The notes under the pieces are model-generated. The model made no database searches, was not told where the DNA came from, and saw only the letters and a list, made by a program, of their open reading frames with translations. A program made the position numbers and the translations under genes. A stretch of 64,000 nucleotides of DNA from a virus, in IMG/VR virus record IMGVR_UViG_3300045988_156843; one strand, written 5' to 3'. This document shows, piece after piece, positions 9,741 through 19,700 of this stretch (positions are counted from its first letter, which is position 1; each line of letters starts with the position of its first letter).

Positions 9741-11791
9741 GTGGAGGAGCTAAAGGAATAGGGCTAGGTATTGACTTCGCTATAGGAAATCAATACAAGC
9801 GTAAAGGTGGTAAATCATATATTGATCCGGCTGTCCTATCTAGCGTTGTTTCAGTAATTTCCACCTATGGTAAGACGAATGAAGATGCAGACCGAAGTAT
9901 TCTAAAAGATAAGACCGGGAAAGGTAATGATTTTAAATTGCTGAACTTCGGATTTGCGGGGAATAGTGGGTATGGGCTGTATAGTACTGATTTTACTAAA
10001 TGGACTAAGAGACAAATAAATGATTTAGAAGTATCTCCAAATAAAATATCAGTAAGCAATAAAGATAGTGAAACAGCATTAGTAATATGGTTGGATGTAA
10101 ACAAGAATAGATATGTGATTCCATCTTATAAAATAAAAGTTAGTAAATTAACAAAAACTATAACTTATTATTACATAGACGAAGCAAATCCAAGTATTAG
10201 AAGTACTTTTTCTATTAATAAAGAAGGAACATACATACTACCTATTTCACGAAACGATTTATATAATGGGGAAGAAAATACTAATATAGGTTTTGGAATA
10301 TTCCCTCATGAATCTTTCACTATCGAGCAACTCCCCGACTTCGAAGGCTGGCTATGTACAGACGGAGTAGACGACATAATCGAGTCCGTCAAGCCCGTCT
10401 CTGAGATGTTGGAGGGTAGCAATGAGATTACGGTGGTGAGTATTATTCATCAGATATCCTTACGTGGCATCTCAGATATTCCATTAACTAATTATATCAG
10501 AGAATCTAATATTGGATATGTAAGAAATGAGCTTAGAGTTTCTCTTAATAAAACAGGAATATACGGTTATACATGCTTTAATATTCAAAGTCCTATTTCT
10601 AGCAATTCCTCAGTAATAAACAATATATTAGGAGATAAAGAAGATTATAGATTAGGTACGTATGGGAAGATATCAAACGCAAAGCTTAGTGTGCAAGGAT
10701 TTATAGATAGTAGTGGTGCAATTATAGATACATCTCAAGTCGCCTACGCAGGTGGCTTTATCGCCAACAAAGTCCTAACCACCGACGAAATTAACCAAAT
10801 TATCGCCTACTTCAACCTTGACCGTCCGGGACAGATCATCAAGCCTCAGTTGTACTGCAACATCAAGAAGCAGGGTATCACTAATGATAATCACGCAGAG
10901 TTTAACGATCAGTTGATTGACTTTGTAGGAGGTCACAACATTCAGCTAAACAATATCGGTTGGAAAGGAGAAAGTGGAATAATTGATGGTGCGTTATATC
11001 TAGACGGTATCTCCGACTTCGGCAAGGCTACCGGATTGCCTATTTTGAAGGACTATACGGTAGTGGCGGATAGAAAGATATTGGGGAATAATGAAGGTGG
11101 TACTTTGTCTAAATCTTATTCCGCAGGCAATGGTGCTTTTATATTTGAAACTGGAAGTGTAATCTATTCGTTTGGTACTGGTACAAGTGGAAGCGGAGTT
11201 CAAAGTAAGAGAATGTTATCCTACCTCTCAAAATACATTTATAATGGTAATCCTGTCCAAGCAGGTGCAGGCATTGACAGTGATTCTATGTGGTTAGGAA
11301 CACTGAGAGACAACGATACTAGATTTGCTAAATTAGCATTACGGTCTCTCCTGCTATTCTCATACACCCTTTCTGAGTTCCTCCTTGAACGCCAATTGAA
11401 GAAGTACAATGCAGGCACTTTGTATCCGGGTATGGTTGAGTTTAGACCGATTGTAAAGAGTAATATTGAATCATATACAATCTCATTTTATTTAATTGAT
11501 AACCATGGGAATCAACTATCACTACTAGAGAATGGTAAGTACTACGACTTTAGTGATAAGAATAGATTGAGCTTAGTAAAAGGAGTTATTAAATTAGATA
11601 ATGAATATATAGACAGTATATCAAGTGTTAAGGCAAATGGGATAAAAGTCGATATTAACGATGGTTCTTTTTACTTTCCGGTAACTAAGTCTCCTCAGAA
11701 AATAGATATTACCATAGATAGAAAAGAAGTGTTAAGCAATATTAAGAATTCAACATGGATTTCAAATGAACAATTAATTAAAAATAAATAA
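9737..11791 (+). CDS. large virion/fibre-like protein, possible LamG-like lectin domain
   Basis: 684 aa. The segment GALYLDGISDFGKATG...YTVVADRKIL resembles concanavalin/LamG folds, and the gene contains GC-richer islands. Confidence 0.5.
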   Translation: MSGGAKGIGLGIDFAIGNQYKRKGGKSYIDPAVLSSVVSVISTYGKTNEDADRSILKDKTGKGNDFKLLNFGFAGNSGYGLYSTDFTKWTKRQINDLEVSPNKISVSNKDSETALVIWLDVNKNRYVIPSYKIKVSKLTKTITYYYIDEANPSIRSTFSINKEGTYILPISRNDLYNGEENTNIGFGIFPHESFTIEQLPDFEGWLCTDGVDDIIESVKPVSEMLEGSNEITVVSIIHQISLRGISDIPLTNYIRESNIGYVRNELRVSLNKTGIYGYTCFNIQSPISSNSSVINNILGDKEDYRLGTYGKISNAKLSVQGFIDSSGAIIDTSQVAYAGGFIANKVLTTDEINQIIAYFNLDRPGQIIKPQLYCNIKKQGITNDNHAEFNDQLIDFVGGHNIQLNNIGWKGESGIIDGALYLDGISDFGKATGLPILKDYTVVADRKILGNNEGGTLSKSYSAGNGAFIFETGSVIYSFGTGTSGSGVQSKRMLSYLSKYIYNGNPVQAGAGIDSDSMWLGTLRDNDTRFAKLALRSLLLFSYTLSEFLLERQLKKYNAGTLYPGMVEFRPIVKSNIESYTISFYLIDNHGNQLSLLENGKYYDFSDKNRLSLVKGVIKLDNEYIDSISSVKANGIKVDINDGSFYFPVTKSPQKIDITIDRKEVLSNIKNSTWISNEQLIKNK

Positions 11792-11797
11792 ATAATT

Positions 11798-13744
11798 ATG
11801 GAAATAATCAAAGACATAGCAGCTACGCAAGAAGTTGAATGGGGCACTCTAGCAGATGCAATTGATAGGAATTTCAATGAAGCATCTACAGGAATTCAAA
11901 CAGTTGCTCAGAAGGTGGATCTTCTTGACATGGCTTCTCCAAACTATTGTGTGGGAGAATGGCAAAATGGAGAATTAAGTCCTACATCAGTTAATACGAT
12001 TGGTGATACAAGTATACTTGACAAATGGGATTTCTATCTAATAGATACTACAGACAATACAGGTGAGACTAATCATCCTGTAGGAAAATTGAAAAGAAAC
12101 AATCTTCTTCGATTTGTAGACGGTAGTTTTGCTCCTGTTATTGGAATCACAGAAGCTATGAGAGCCGAATGTGATGTTGAACTGTATTTAGATAATACCC
12201 AAACAAATAAATACTGTGATGCAGGGGCATTTGATGCAGAAGCATTCTATAATCAATATGGGATGACGCAGAAACTCTACAATGCGACAGGTGAAGAAGT
12301 TCGTATTTTACGACCTTATGAGACCACTGAAACTAAATATACAATAGGTTTAGGAAGAGCAGATAAGATTTATCTATTAGATAACGTTGTCGGAAAAAGT
12401 GGGAAAAGATGGAAAGGGATATTTGCAAGTCCGACAACATGGGATGGAATAGATACAACTCTTTGGGGGCTTGATCCGACTGCCATATCTCCTTGTCCTG
12501 TATGCACTATTGGCAATAAGACACGTTCTTTCTTTTATGTATATGAAGGTGAATCTAATTGTAAATCTTCAAATGGTATAAATAATCGTTGTACGATGTT
12601 TAGTAACGGAAGAACATATCCAAGAGTTAATGATATGAATCAAGTCAACGACATGACGTGGAGTCGTGCAAATAATGCAGATCCCGATGCACCTTATCCT
12701 TTTGCAGAAGGAGGATATCATGCGTTGAATACTTTCATCAATTGTTTGGAAATTCGTTATGGAACTAAATATCTACACAAGGAATCATTATTTTCCGGTG
12801 GTATTTGTTCTAATGATTCTGTAAGCGAAGCAGGATGGACAAAGACGGGAGGCATTCGTTACAAAAAGACGGCAGATAGCACATGGAAATACGCTAATTG
12901 GAATACGACTCCATCGGATATGTTCTATAATGCTAGTGGGGGTAAGACTAATATGAATGAATTCCTAAGTAATTATTGTCCTAAAGAACAATGTATGGAG
13001 AGTCAAATGGCAGCATCGTTTGCCGTTGAGACTGGAGTGCAGGAAGGTGAAGAATTTGAATTCTATGGAGCTACCTATTATTACCGCAATATAGTGGATA
13101 CAAAAGGATTAGCTGATGGAGAAATGAATGTAAAGGTATATAAGAAGATGTCTCAAACATTTAATGCATATGACGAGTTGGGTGCAGAAACATCTTTTGA
13201 TGTAGAAGTAATCTTGCGTATGGCTTTATATGCAGGTGCTAATTTATCCGGTGATGTATTTGCTTACTGCGGAGGAGGATATGAACAGGTTGGAACATGT
13301 GTGAATGCTGCTTCAGCATCTGTTAACAATCCAGTTGATATTTATTTGGAACCGGATCAAAAAAAATGGTTGAAAGAAACAAGTGTAACTAAAACCAATC
13401 TTGGTACTTTTGATTTTGAAAAATCCTATATGAAATTAGGCAGTAGTACAAACTTGGGAGATAGTTACGCAAAAGAGCGAGAAAATTATGCTGCATGGAA
13501 GACTGCAAAAGGCGGTAGTCTGTCAACTGGAGAATGTTATTATGCTTGGGATAACAATTATTGGAGTAGTACAGCTATGCAGCGTGTTAGAATTGCGGCT
13601 CGGTTTCGTGGTCATGCTTATTCTGCTGTTTGCTCGCCTCGTAATTTGTATGCGCATTACGCTGCTTCTAATGCGACTCGTAACATTGCCGGGTTTGCCC
13701 AAGTTAGGATATCAGTAAACGCAGTTCCGATGCAATCGGAATAA
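11798..13744 (+). CDS. DGR target protein (tail fibre / receptor-binding candidate) with C-terminal variable region
   Basis: 648 aa. The last ~50 codons are the VR copy of the TR, and the C-terminus ...CSPRN...GFAQV is consistent with CLec-fold DGR targets. Confidence 0.85.
   Translation: MEIIKDIAATQEVEWGTLADAIDRNFNEASTGIQTVAQKVDLLDMASPNYCVGEWQNGELSPTSVNTIGDTSILDKWDFYLIDTTDNTGETNHPVGKLKRNNLLRFVDGSFAPVIGITEAMRAECDVELYLDNTQTNKYCDAGAFDAEAFYNQYGMTQKLYNATGEEVRILRPYETTETKYTIGLGRADKIYLLDNVVGKSGKRWKGIFASPTTWDGIDTTLWGLDPTAISPCPVCTIGNKTRSFFYVYEGESNCKSSNGINNRCTMFSNGRTYPRVNDMNQVNDMTWSRANNADPDAPYPFAEGGYHALNTFINCLEIRYGTKYLHKESLFSGGICSNDSVSEAGWTKTGGIRYKKTADSTWKYANWNTTPSDMFYNASGGKTNMNEFLSNYCPKEQCMESQMAASFAVETGVQEGEEFEFYGATYYYRNIVDTKGLADGEMNVKVYKKMSQTFNAYDELGAETSFDVEVILRMALYAGANLSGDVFAYCGGGYEQVGTCVNAASASVNNPVDIYLEPDQKKWLKETSVTKTNLGTFDFEKSYMKLGSSTNLGDSYAKERENYAAWKTAKGGSLSTGECYYAWDNNYWSSTAMQRVRIAARFRGHAYSAVCSPRNLYAHYAASNATRNIAGFAQVRISVNAVPMQSE
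13593..13705 (+). repeat. DGR variable repeat (VR)
   Basis: Aligns to 13848-13960 at a constant offset of 255. There are 12 mismatches in 13593-13703, all at TR adenines, plus 2 A->T at the 3' edge. Confidence 0.9.
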
Positions 13745-13760
13745 AGGGGATGCAATCCCT
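13725..13760 (+). promoter_or_regulatory. twin hairpins just 3' of VR (ttccgat-gca-atcggaa; gggat-gca-atccc)
   Basis: Two adjacent stem-loops share the core gatgcaatc and straddle the stop codon at 13742-13744. They are absent after the TR. Confidence 0.5.
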
Positions 13761-13847
13761 GCAAATCCTATAGACATCTGATAAGTTATGCAATGGGACA
13801 TAACCTCTAAAACAGATTGGATAGGTTGAAATAATGGATAAAGAGTT

Positions 13848-13960
13848 TTGCGGCTCGGTTTCGTGGTAATGCTAATAATGCTAATTGCTCGCCTCGTAAT
13901 TTGAATGCGAATAACGCTGCTTCTAATACGAATCGTAACAATGCCGGGTTTGCCCAAGAA
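13848..13960 (+). repeat. DGR template repeat (TR)
   Basis: Non-coding copy of the VR with 12 AAY codons when read in the VR frame, located 145 nt upstream of the RT ATG. Confidence 0.9.
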
Positions 13961-14104
13961 GGTTCTTTTATTATCGTCAAACTCTTTATTCGTGTCTTGG
14001 AACGACAAATTATTATAAGACAATGTACTTGTGGATACATTTTGTATTTGAGAAGTACGGTAGTGGAAATAAACATTACCTTTTATGCCCAACTTGCTAT
14101 AAAA

Positions 14105-15478
14105 ATGAAAAATAGAATAGTTGACATATTTGATAATATTACAGAAAAGGATGTAAATCTTGCGATTGATCGTGCTATTCATAAACATATGAATAAAAGA
14201 GAAGTCATATCCTTTTTAGACAACAGACCGTCTAATTGCAAACAATTATATTCCGCATTAAAAGATGGATCATACATTAATATATTATCATATAAATATT
14301 TAGAAAAGACAAATAAAAATGGTAAAGACAGGGACATCAGTAGTCCAACATTAGAAACTAGGATATACCAACATTTACTATTAAATTTGTTAGAACCTAC
14401 ATATTATCAGAAAGACAATAATTATGGTTTAAATTGCAAAAAGAAATCCGGTATAACTGCAACTGATAAAAAAAGATCTGTTGTACATAAGATGAAAAAT
14501 ATCTTTTATGATCGATTGGATTTAAGTTATTGTTTAGTGATAGATCAAAGGAAGTGCTACGAACATATTAAGGAGAAATATTTCAGGAAAGCTATAAAGA
14601 AAATAGTTGCTGATAAAAAACTGATAGATTTTGCCGTAAATATATGTTTTGTAAATAATAAACTTCCGATTGGAACGCCAACTTCACCATTTGCTCATCA
14701 TATCTTGATGTTATCTTTTGATTATTTTGCAAAGAGTTTAACAAAAGAATGTGTAAGATACGCTGATGATAACTTTTTAGCTTTTCATACTAAAGAGGAA
14801 GCTCAACAGGCTAAATGGAGAATCAAGAACTTTTGGTGGTATGAATTAGGGATGCGTGCTAAAAGACATACAGTTAAAATACAGCCATTATCTATTCCTT
14901 TAGATTTTTGTGGCTATAAGTATTATAGAAATAACAATTCAAAAACTTCTCATAATAAAGGATATACAAAAATTAGAAAAAGAGTAGCTGACGATGCCAA
15001 ACGCTGCAATAATGATAGAAGTTGGGGATCTTACTTCGGATTATTAAAACATGCAGACACATGGTCATTAATGCGCAAAATAGAAAATAAAATGAGACTT
15101 ACGGAACTTACTAACAAGATCAAGATTGATCGCAAAATGGATGCTAAGAATATCCTTCCTAAAGAATTACTAGGCGAGGTTATATCCATTTATGAATATG
15201 AGATTAGATATGATTCTAAAGGCAATGCCAATTGGATTAAATGTTTAATTGGTATGGATGAAAAGGATGAAGATGGAGAATCTACTGGGAGAACAATCGC
15301 AAGAGAATTTCATGGAAACTTTCAAGGGATCATACAATATATTATCTTGTGCGAAAAGGCTTTTGGAAAGAAACAATTATTACCTTTGGAAGATGTTGAG
15401 ATTGAGAATCAATGTGGATACATATTCAAAGGAAGTACTAATCAATTAGAATATATAAGTAAAGATGAGAACAATTAA
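14105..15478 (+). CDS. DGR reverse transcriptase with C-terminal extension
   Basis: Motifs VIDQRKCYEHI (A), LPIGTPTSP (B), YADD (C) and FCGYKY (E). The track ORF start at 13901 merely translates the TR; the first plausible ATG is at 14105, giving 457 aa. Confidence 0.9.
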   Translation: MKNRIVDIFDNITEKDVNLAIDRAIHKHMNKREVISFLDNRPSNCKQLYSALKDGSYINILSYKYLEKTNKNGKDRDISSPTLETRIYQHLLLNLLEPTYYQKDNNYGLNCKKKSGITATDKKRSVVHKMKNIFYDRLDLSYCLVIDQRKCYEHIKEKYFRKAIKKIVADKKLIDFAVNICFVNNKLPIGTPTSPFAHHILMLSFDYFAKSLTKECVRYADDNFLAFHTKEEAQQAKWRIKNFWWYELGMRAKRHTVKIQPLSIPLDFCGYKYYRNNNSKTSHNKGYTKIRKRVADDAKRCNNDRSWGSYFGLLKHADTWSLMRKIENKMRLTELTNKIKIDRKMDAKNILPKELLGEVISIYEYEIRYDSKGNANWIKCLIGMDEKDEDGESTGRTIAREFHGNFQGIIQYIILCEKAFGKKQLLPLEDVEIENQCGYIFKGSTNQLEYISKDENN

Positions 15479-15866
15479 TTATGTAGCTATTCCGGCTTTT
15501 GAATCGGAAGATATTAATAGAGATAAAACTGAATGGAAAAACGGTCAGTGTATTTCTATAGACGAAGGGAATTTTGTGACTTTATACATTGGTCATCATA
15601 CTGAAGAAACGATAACTCTTGAGAATGGTTCTGAATATACTCCCATGAAAGCATTTCCTATTAGAGTCATGAAACCAGTAAACAGGGATATGGCTATTAA
15701 CGCAGCAGAGATGGAAGCTTATTGCCTTAATTCTGCAATGGAAGTAGCTAGCTTTTCTGCTTCAATGGCTCGGAAACATCGTGAGAATCCAAAAGATCAG
15801 GAAGTAAAAGAGCATGATGCATTTATATCTTGGGTGAAAGAAGAATTAACAAAAATAGGATATTAA
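15465..15866 (+). CDS. hypothetical protein translationally coupled to RT (possible DGR accessory)
   Basis: 133-aa ORF overlapping the RT 3' end by 14 nt, with a helical C-terminal half. No Avd signature recognised. Confidence 0.5.
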   Translation: MRTINYVAIPAFESEDINRDKTEWKNGQCISIDEGNFVTLYIGHHTEETITLENGSEYTPMKAFPIRVMKPVNRDMAINAAEMEAYCLNSAMEVASFSASMARKHRENPKDQEVKEHDAFISWVKEELTKIGY

Positions 15867-15883
15867 CTTAAAAATTAACAATT

Positions 15884-16228
15884 ATGAAATATATCGTATT
15901 TCCGGTAAAGAAATTAAATGAAGTACCACAGGAGATTCTTGATGAATTACATTTAGTTCCTCGCAAAAACAATAATGGGACTGAAGTAATAATGAAATTG
16001 AGTCATTATGAATTACTCTTTCCTGTTGCTGCATTACTTCCATTGACTGATGATGAGACTCCACTTGAGCCTGTGTATCCATATCCGGTATATGAAAATG
16101 AAGAATTATCAGCCTTATTGTCATCATCCGAATGGTCGGGAGAGGAGGTTATAGCTCCTGTTTTGGAAACTATATCACCTAAGACGTCTACGAGATCAAC
16201 AAAATCCAAGAAAACTACTGTATTATAA
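15884..16228 (+). CDS. hypothetical protein
   Basis: 114-aa ORF, co-oriented. Confidence 0.5.
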   Translation: MKYIVFPVKKLNEVPQEILDELHLVPRKNNNGTEVIMKLSHYELLFPVAALLPLTDDETPLEPVYPYPVYENEELSALLSSSEWSGEEVIAPVLETISPKTSTRSTKSKKTTVL

Positions 16229-16238
16229 ATTTATTTGT

Positions 16239-16246
16239 TATCTTTG
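16239..16246 (+). promoter_or_regulatory. -7 box TATCTTTG
   Basis: Matches TAnnTTTG, 29 nt upstream of the ATG at 16275. Confidence 0.4.
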
Positions 16247-16274
16247 TATACAATAACGAATAATATATTTCTGT

Positions 16275-16643
16275 ATGGATTGGACAAACATATTAATGTT
16301 GATATTCGGTAGTGGTGGGGCTATTGCCGGAGTTTCGTCTTGGATTAAGACAAGACCGGAAAAGATATCTTATGAAATAAAGAATCTTCGGGAAGTTATA
16401 GATGAAGTGAAAGAAAATCGTGAAGAAGACAAAAAAGAGTATGAGAACAACAAACTAAAGTTGGAGAGAAGATTAGGGGAAATGGAAATTAGAAATTCAG
16501 TTTTAGAGAAATCGATTCAACAATGGTTTAAATGTCATCACTTACCGCAAAATGGAATTTGTCCAGTCGCAGATTTTGTAGATAAATCAGAAGAACTCAT
16601 AAAGAAAAGAGTTGATGAGATAAATGCAAAGAAACAATTATAA
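16275..16643 (+). CDS. membrane-anchored coiled-coil protein
   Basis: N-terminal hydrophobic helix ILMLIFGSGGAIAGVSSWI followed by a charged helical region. Confidence 0.55.
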   Translation: MDWTNILMLIFGSGGAIAGVSSWIKTRPEKISYEIKNLREVIDEVKENREEDKKEYENNKLKLERRLGEMEIRNSVLEKSIQQWFKCHHLPQNGICPVADFVDKSEELIKKRVDEINAKKQL

Positions 16644-16647
16644 AACA

Positions 16648-16679
16648 TGCCCGGCAGTCCAAAAGGAATCTACCGGGCA
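16648..16679. terminator. hairpin terminator (possibly bidirectional)
   Basis: tgcccgg(c)ag...ct(a)ccgggca stem with T-rich tracts on both sides. Confidence 0.55.
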
Positions 16680-16750
16680 CTACGTTTTATTTCATAAATT
16701 AAAAGTTCTCATTTGCAAATATAGATATATATTCGAATATAACAAATAAA

Positions 16751-19700
16751 ATGGTCGAAAAACTCTCAATATTTTCATTGGGACAGGACGGTAGCAAAAC
16801 TCCTTTCCCTAACAATGGAGCACAAGCTGTAATAGCTGACTACCAATTTGTATCCGGGAGAATGGGTTCAATTAGCCTTTCGGCTACTTTAATGTATCCT
16901 CGTTGTCTTGATAATGAATGGGATGAGACACAGTTTGTTGAATTTAGGGGAGAAAAATATTATATCTTCACCACTCCTTCTTCTTCCAAATCCAATACCG
17001 ATTTAAGATGGAAGCATGACCTTGTATTTACTTCAGAAAGAATTCAGCTTGACAATACATATTTTTATGATGCGGTATCATCTGATGCTGCCAATATAGA
17101 TCAATACGTTAGTAATAGCACTAAGTTCACATTTTATGGTGATATAAATGAGTTTGCTAAACGTATGAACTATTCTTTAAAATATTCAGGTCTAAAATAT
17201 TCCATTGTTGTAGATGAAGGAATTAGCTCAGAAGGTAAACTGATGACTTTTGAAGATAAGTTTTTCAGTGAAGTCTTACAGCTAGTTTTTGAAACATATG
17301 AATTACCATATTATTTTGCAGGCAGAGTAATACATATTGGATTTTCCAGTAATGCGATAACTCAGACATTTAAATATGGGCATGACAACCAACTCCTTTC
17401 AATCACTAAGACAAACGCTAATTATCGTATAATTAATAGATGTACGGGTGTTGGTAGTGATGAGAATATTCCATATTACTATCCGAATGATAATCCAAAA
17501 GGAGATATAGGCGTACAAGCTGATGCAAATAATACTGCAATTAAACAAGCGGACATTCGGATTTCTGACAAAGATTTGTTTGCAGAGAAGGTAAATATAA
17601 ACGAGACTATAGAATATCGTGAAGGTGAAGCCGCAAATGCATATAGCTATAATTTGTGGTCTGACACTGGAATGCAGTATCAATATACTCTTAAGAATCA
17701 AGTAGAAATCCCACGTGTTGAAGTAATAAATACTGTTCCAAAAACAGGAGTATGGAAGGGGACTATCCGGATGCGATTAAAAATGTATCGTGAAGGAAAG
17801 ATGAGAGTGGGAATTCAGCCATTAATGAGACGGGTTTGGAAGAATGCAAATCCCCCTACCAAAGATTGGCAACCCGAAGGTCTTGAAATGAAATTTTCAG
17901 ATGCGGAAAACAACAACCTGACTTATACAAAGTTAAATACATGGGATTATAGTTTAGGTGATCTTGCAATAGGAGAATATAATTTAGATTTTATATTTCC
18001 ATTCCAAACCAATGAGTTTATAGACTATTATAAAGTCTATGCTGTCATTAAAGCAATCAGCATTGGATATGATGGCAAATATTGGTTTTTAAATAATGCG
18101 GTAGTATCTCTTCCTGCTATTGGTATTAGTATTACTAAAACTCCTGCTGTGGGAGATAAGTTTAAGCAAATTGAATTAAAGACAGATTATATTCCATATG
18201 CTCAGAATCTGATGCCTCCTATCTATAGAGAGAGCAAGGGATTGCAGCACTTTTACAATGCTAAGAATAATACATATAAGATTCCCGGTACAAATGAATA
18301 TTATACGTTTGAAAACGAATATACTGAAGGGAATCCTAAAGAAATAATTGTAAAATTTGAAAATATTAAACCTTCAATTAAGGGAGTTAGGAATGCTGCC
18401 GGACAATTGATTGGAGAGATTGCGGCTATTGCATTTGACGATGAGGATAATGACGAATTAGATAAAAAAACAAATGCATATCTACATCCATATTTCTATG
18501 TAAAATTAAGGAAGACAGATGGTACATATGGATTCAATCTATTCGAGCAAGGTATTTCAAGCGGTGAGATGACTCTTTCCATGACAAGTGGTAAATGTGC
18601 TGCTTGTAATTTCATAGTAGAAGTAAAAGAGGAAGGTGAAGGTGAAAAAGCAATATTTCAGAATCCAGTACAAGTTGATAGCAATGGAAATATTGTTCCC
18701 GGTAACGCTGCAGAGAAAATTAACAAAAAAAATATTCAGGAAAGACAGCAGAATACTAGGACAAATGAAGTTTGGTTAGCTTTAAAAAAAGATGATTCGA
18801 CTTTCAATATAGTTATGCCTAATGAAACGAATAACTATAAGCCGGAAGCCGGAGACTCTTTTGTTATTCTAAATATTAAGCTACCACAAGCATATATATT
18901 AAGCGCAGAGAACGATCTGAAAGAAGAGATCATTCGATATATGGCTCAGAACAATAGCGAAAAATTTAATTTCTCAATAACATTTAGCCGTATATATTTA
19001 GAAAATCATCCGGATATTCTTGCTCAATTAAATGAGAATGCTCGTTTGCAAATTGAATATAATTCTCAAAAGTATGAATTATATGTATCTAATTATACAT
19101 ACAAAGTTTCCAATAATGAGATATTGCCGGAAATTACTGTTGAGCTTTCAGATACGATTACAATACGAAAGGGAACATTACAAAAATCTATTTCCGCAGT
19201 CCAACAAAGTCTATTAAGCACTATCGGTTCTATTGACTTTCTGAAAATGGGATTAAAATACTTTCTTCGTAAAGATGTGCCTGATACTGCATTAGAACAT
19301 ATTACATTTAATGATGGCATTCTTGTAAGAGGTAAAAATGCCATTATTGAAGAATCAGCCAATGTTATATATGAGGAAGACGGTAATGCTATCTATGAGG
19401 AATATTCAGAACCTATAATGCCTATAGCTGAGGCTAATACATTAGGATCTCTTGATAATGTAGATGCTATTGTTGATGGGACTGTAAACGATAAAGTTCT
19501 TCTTGTTAAGAATCCCGGAAGTACGCAGTGGACTCAGGAAAAAATGTCCATCAATGTGGATAGTATTATCTATATATCTACACAGACATTATTGGATAGT
19601 ACTAGAACGACAGATTTAACTTTGAGCGCAGAAGATCATCAGGCAATTATCAAACTCTATGGAGATAAAAATGTATCCAAAAATACAGTTGTTTATAGAG

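Noticed and set aside
13712-14188. Minus-strand ORFs 13712..14188 and 13807..14076, and the 13901-14104 N-terminal extension of the RT ORF (MNANNAASNTNRNNAGFAQ...).
   Set aside because: They overlap the DGR template repeat and spacer. The Asn-rich peptide is just the TR read in the VR frame. The RT has a clean ATG at 14105 and its N-terminal domain begins there. None looks like an Avd.
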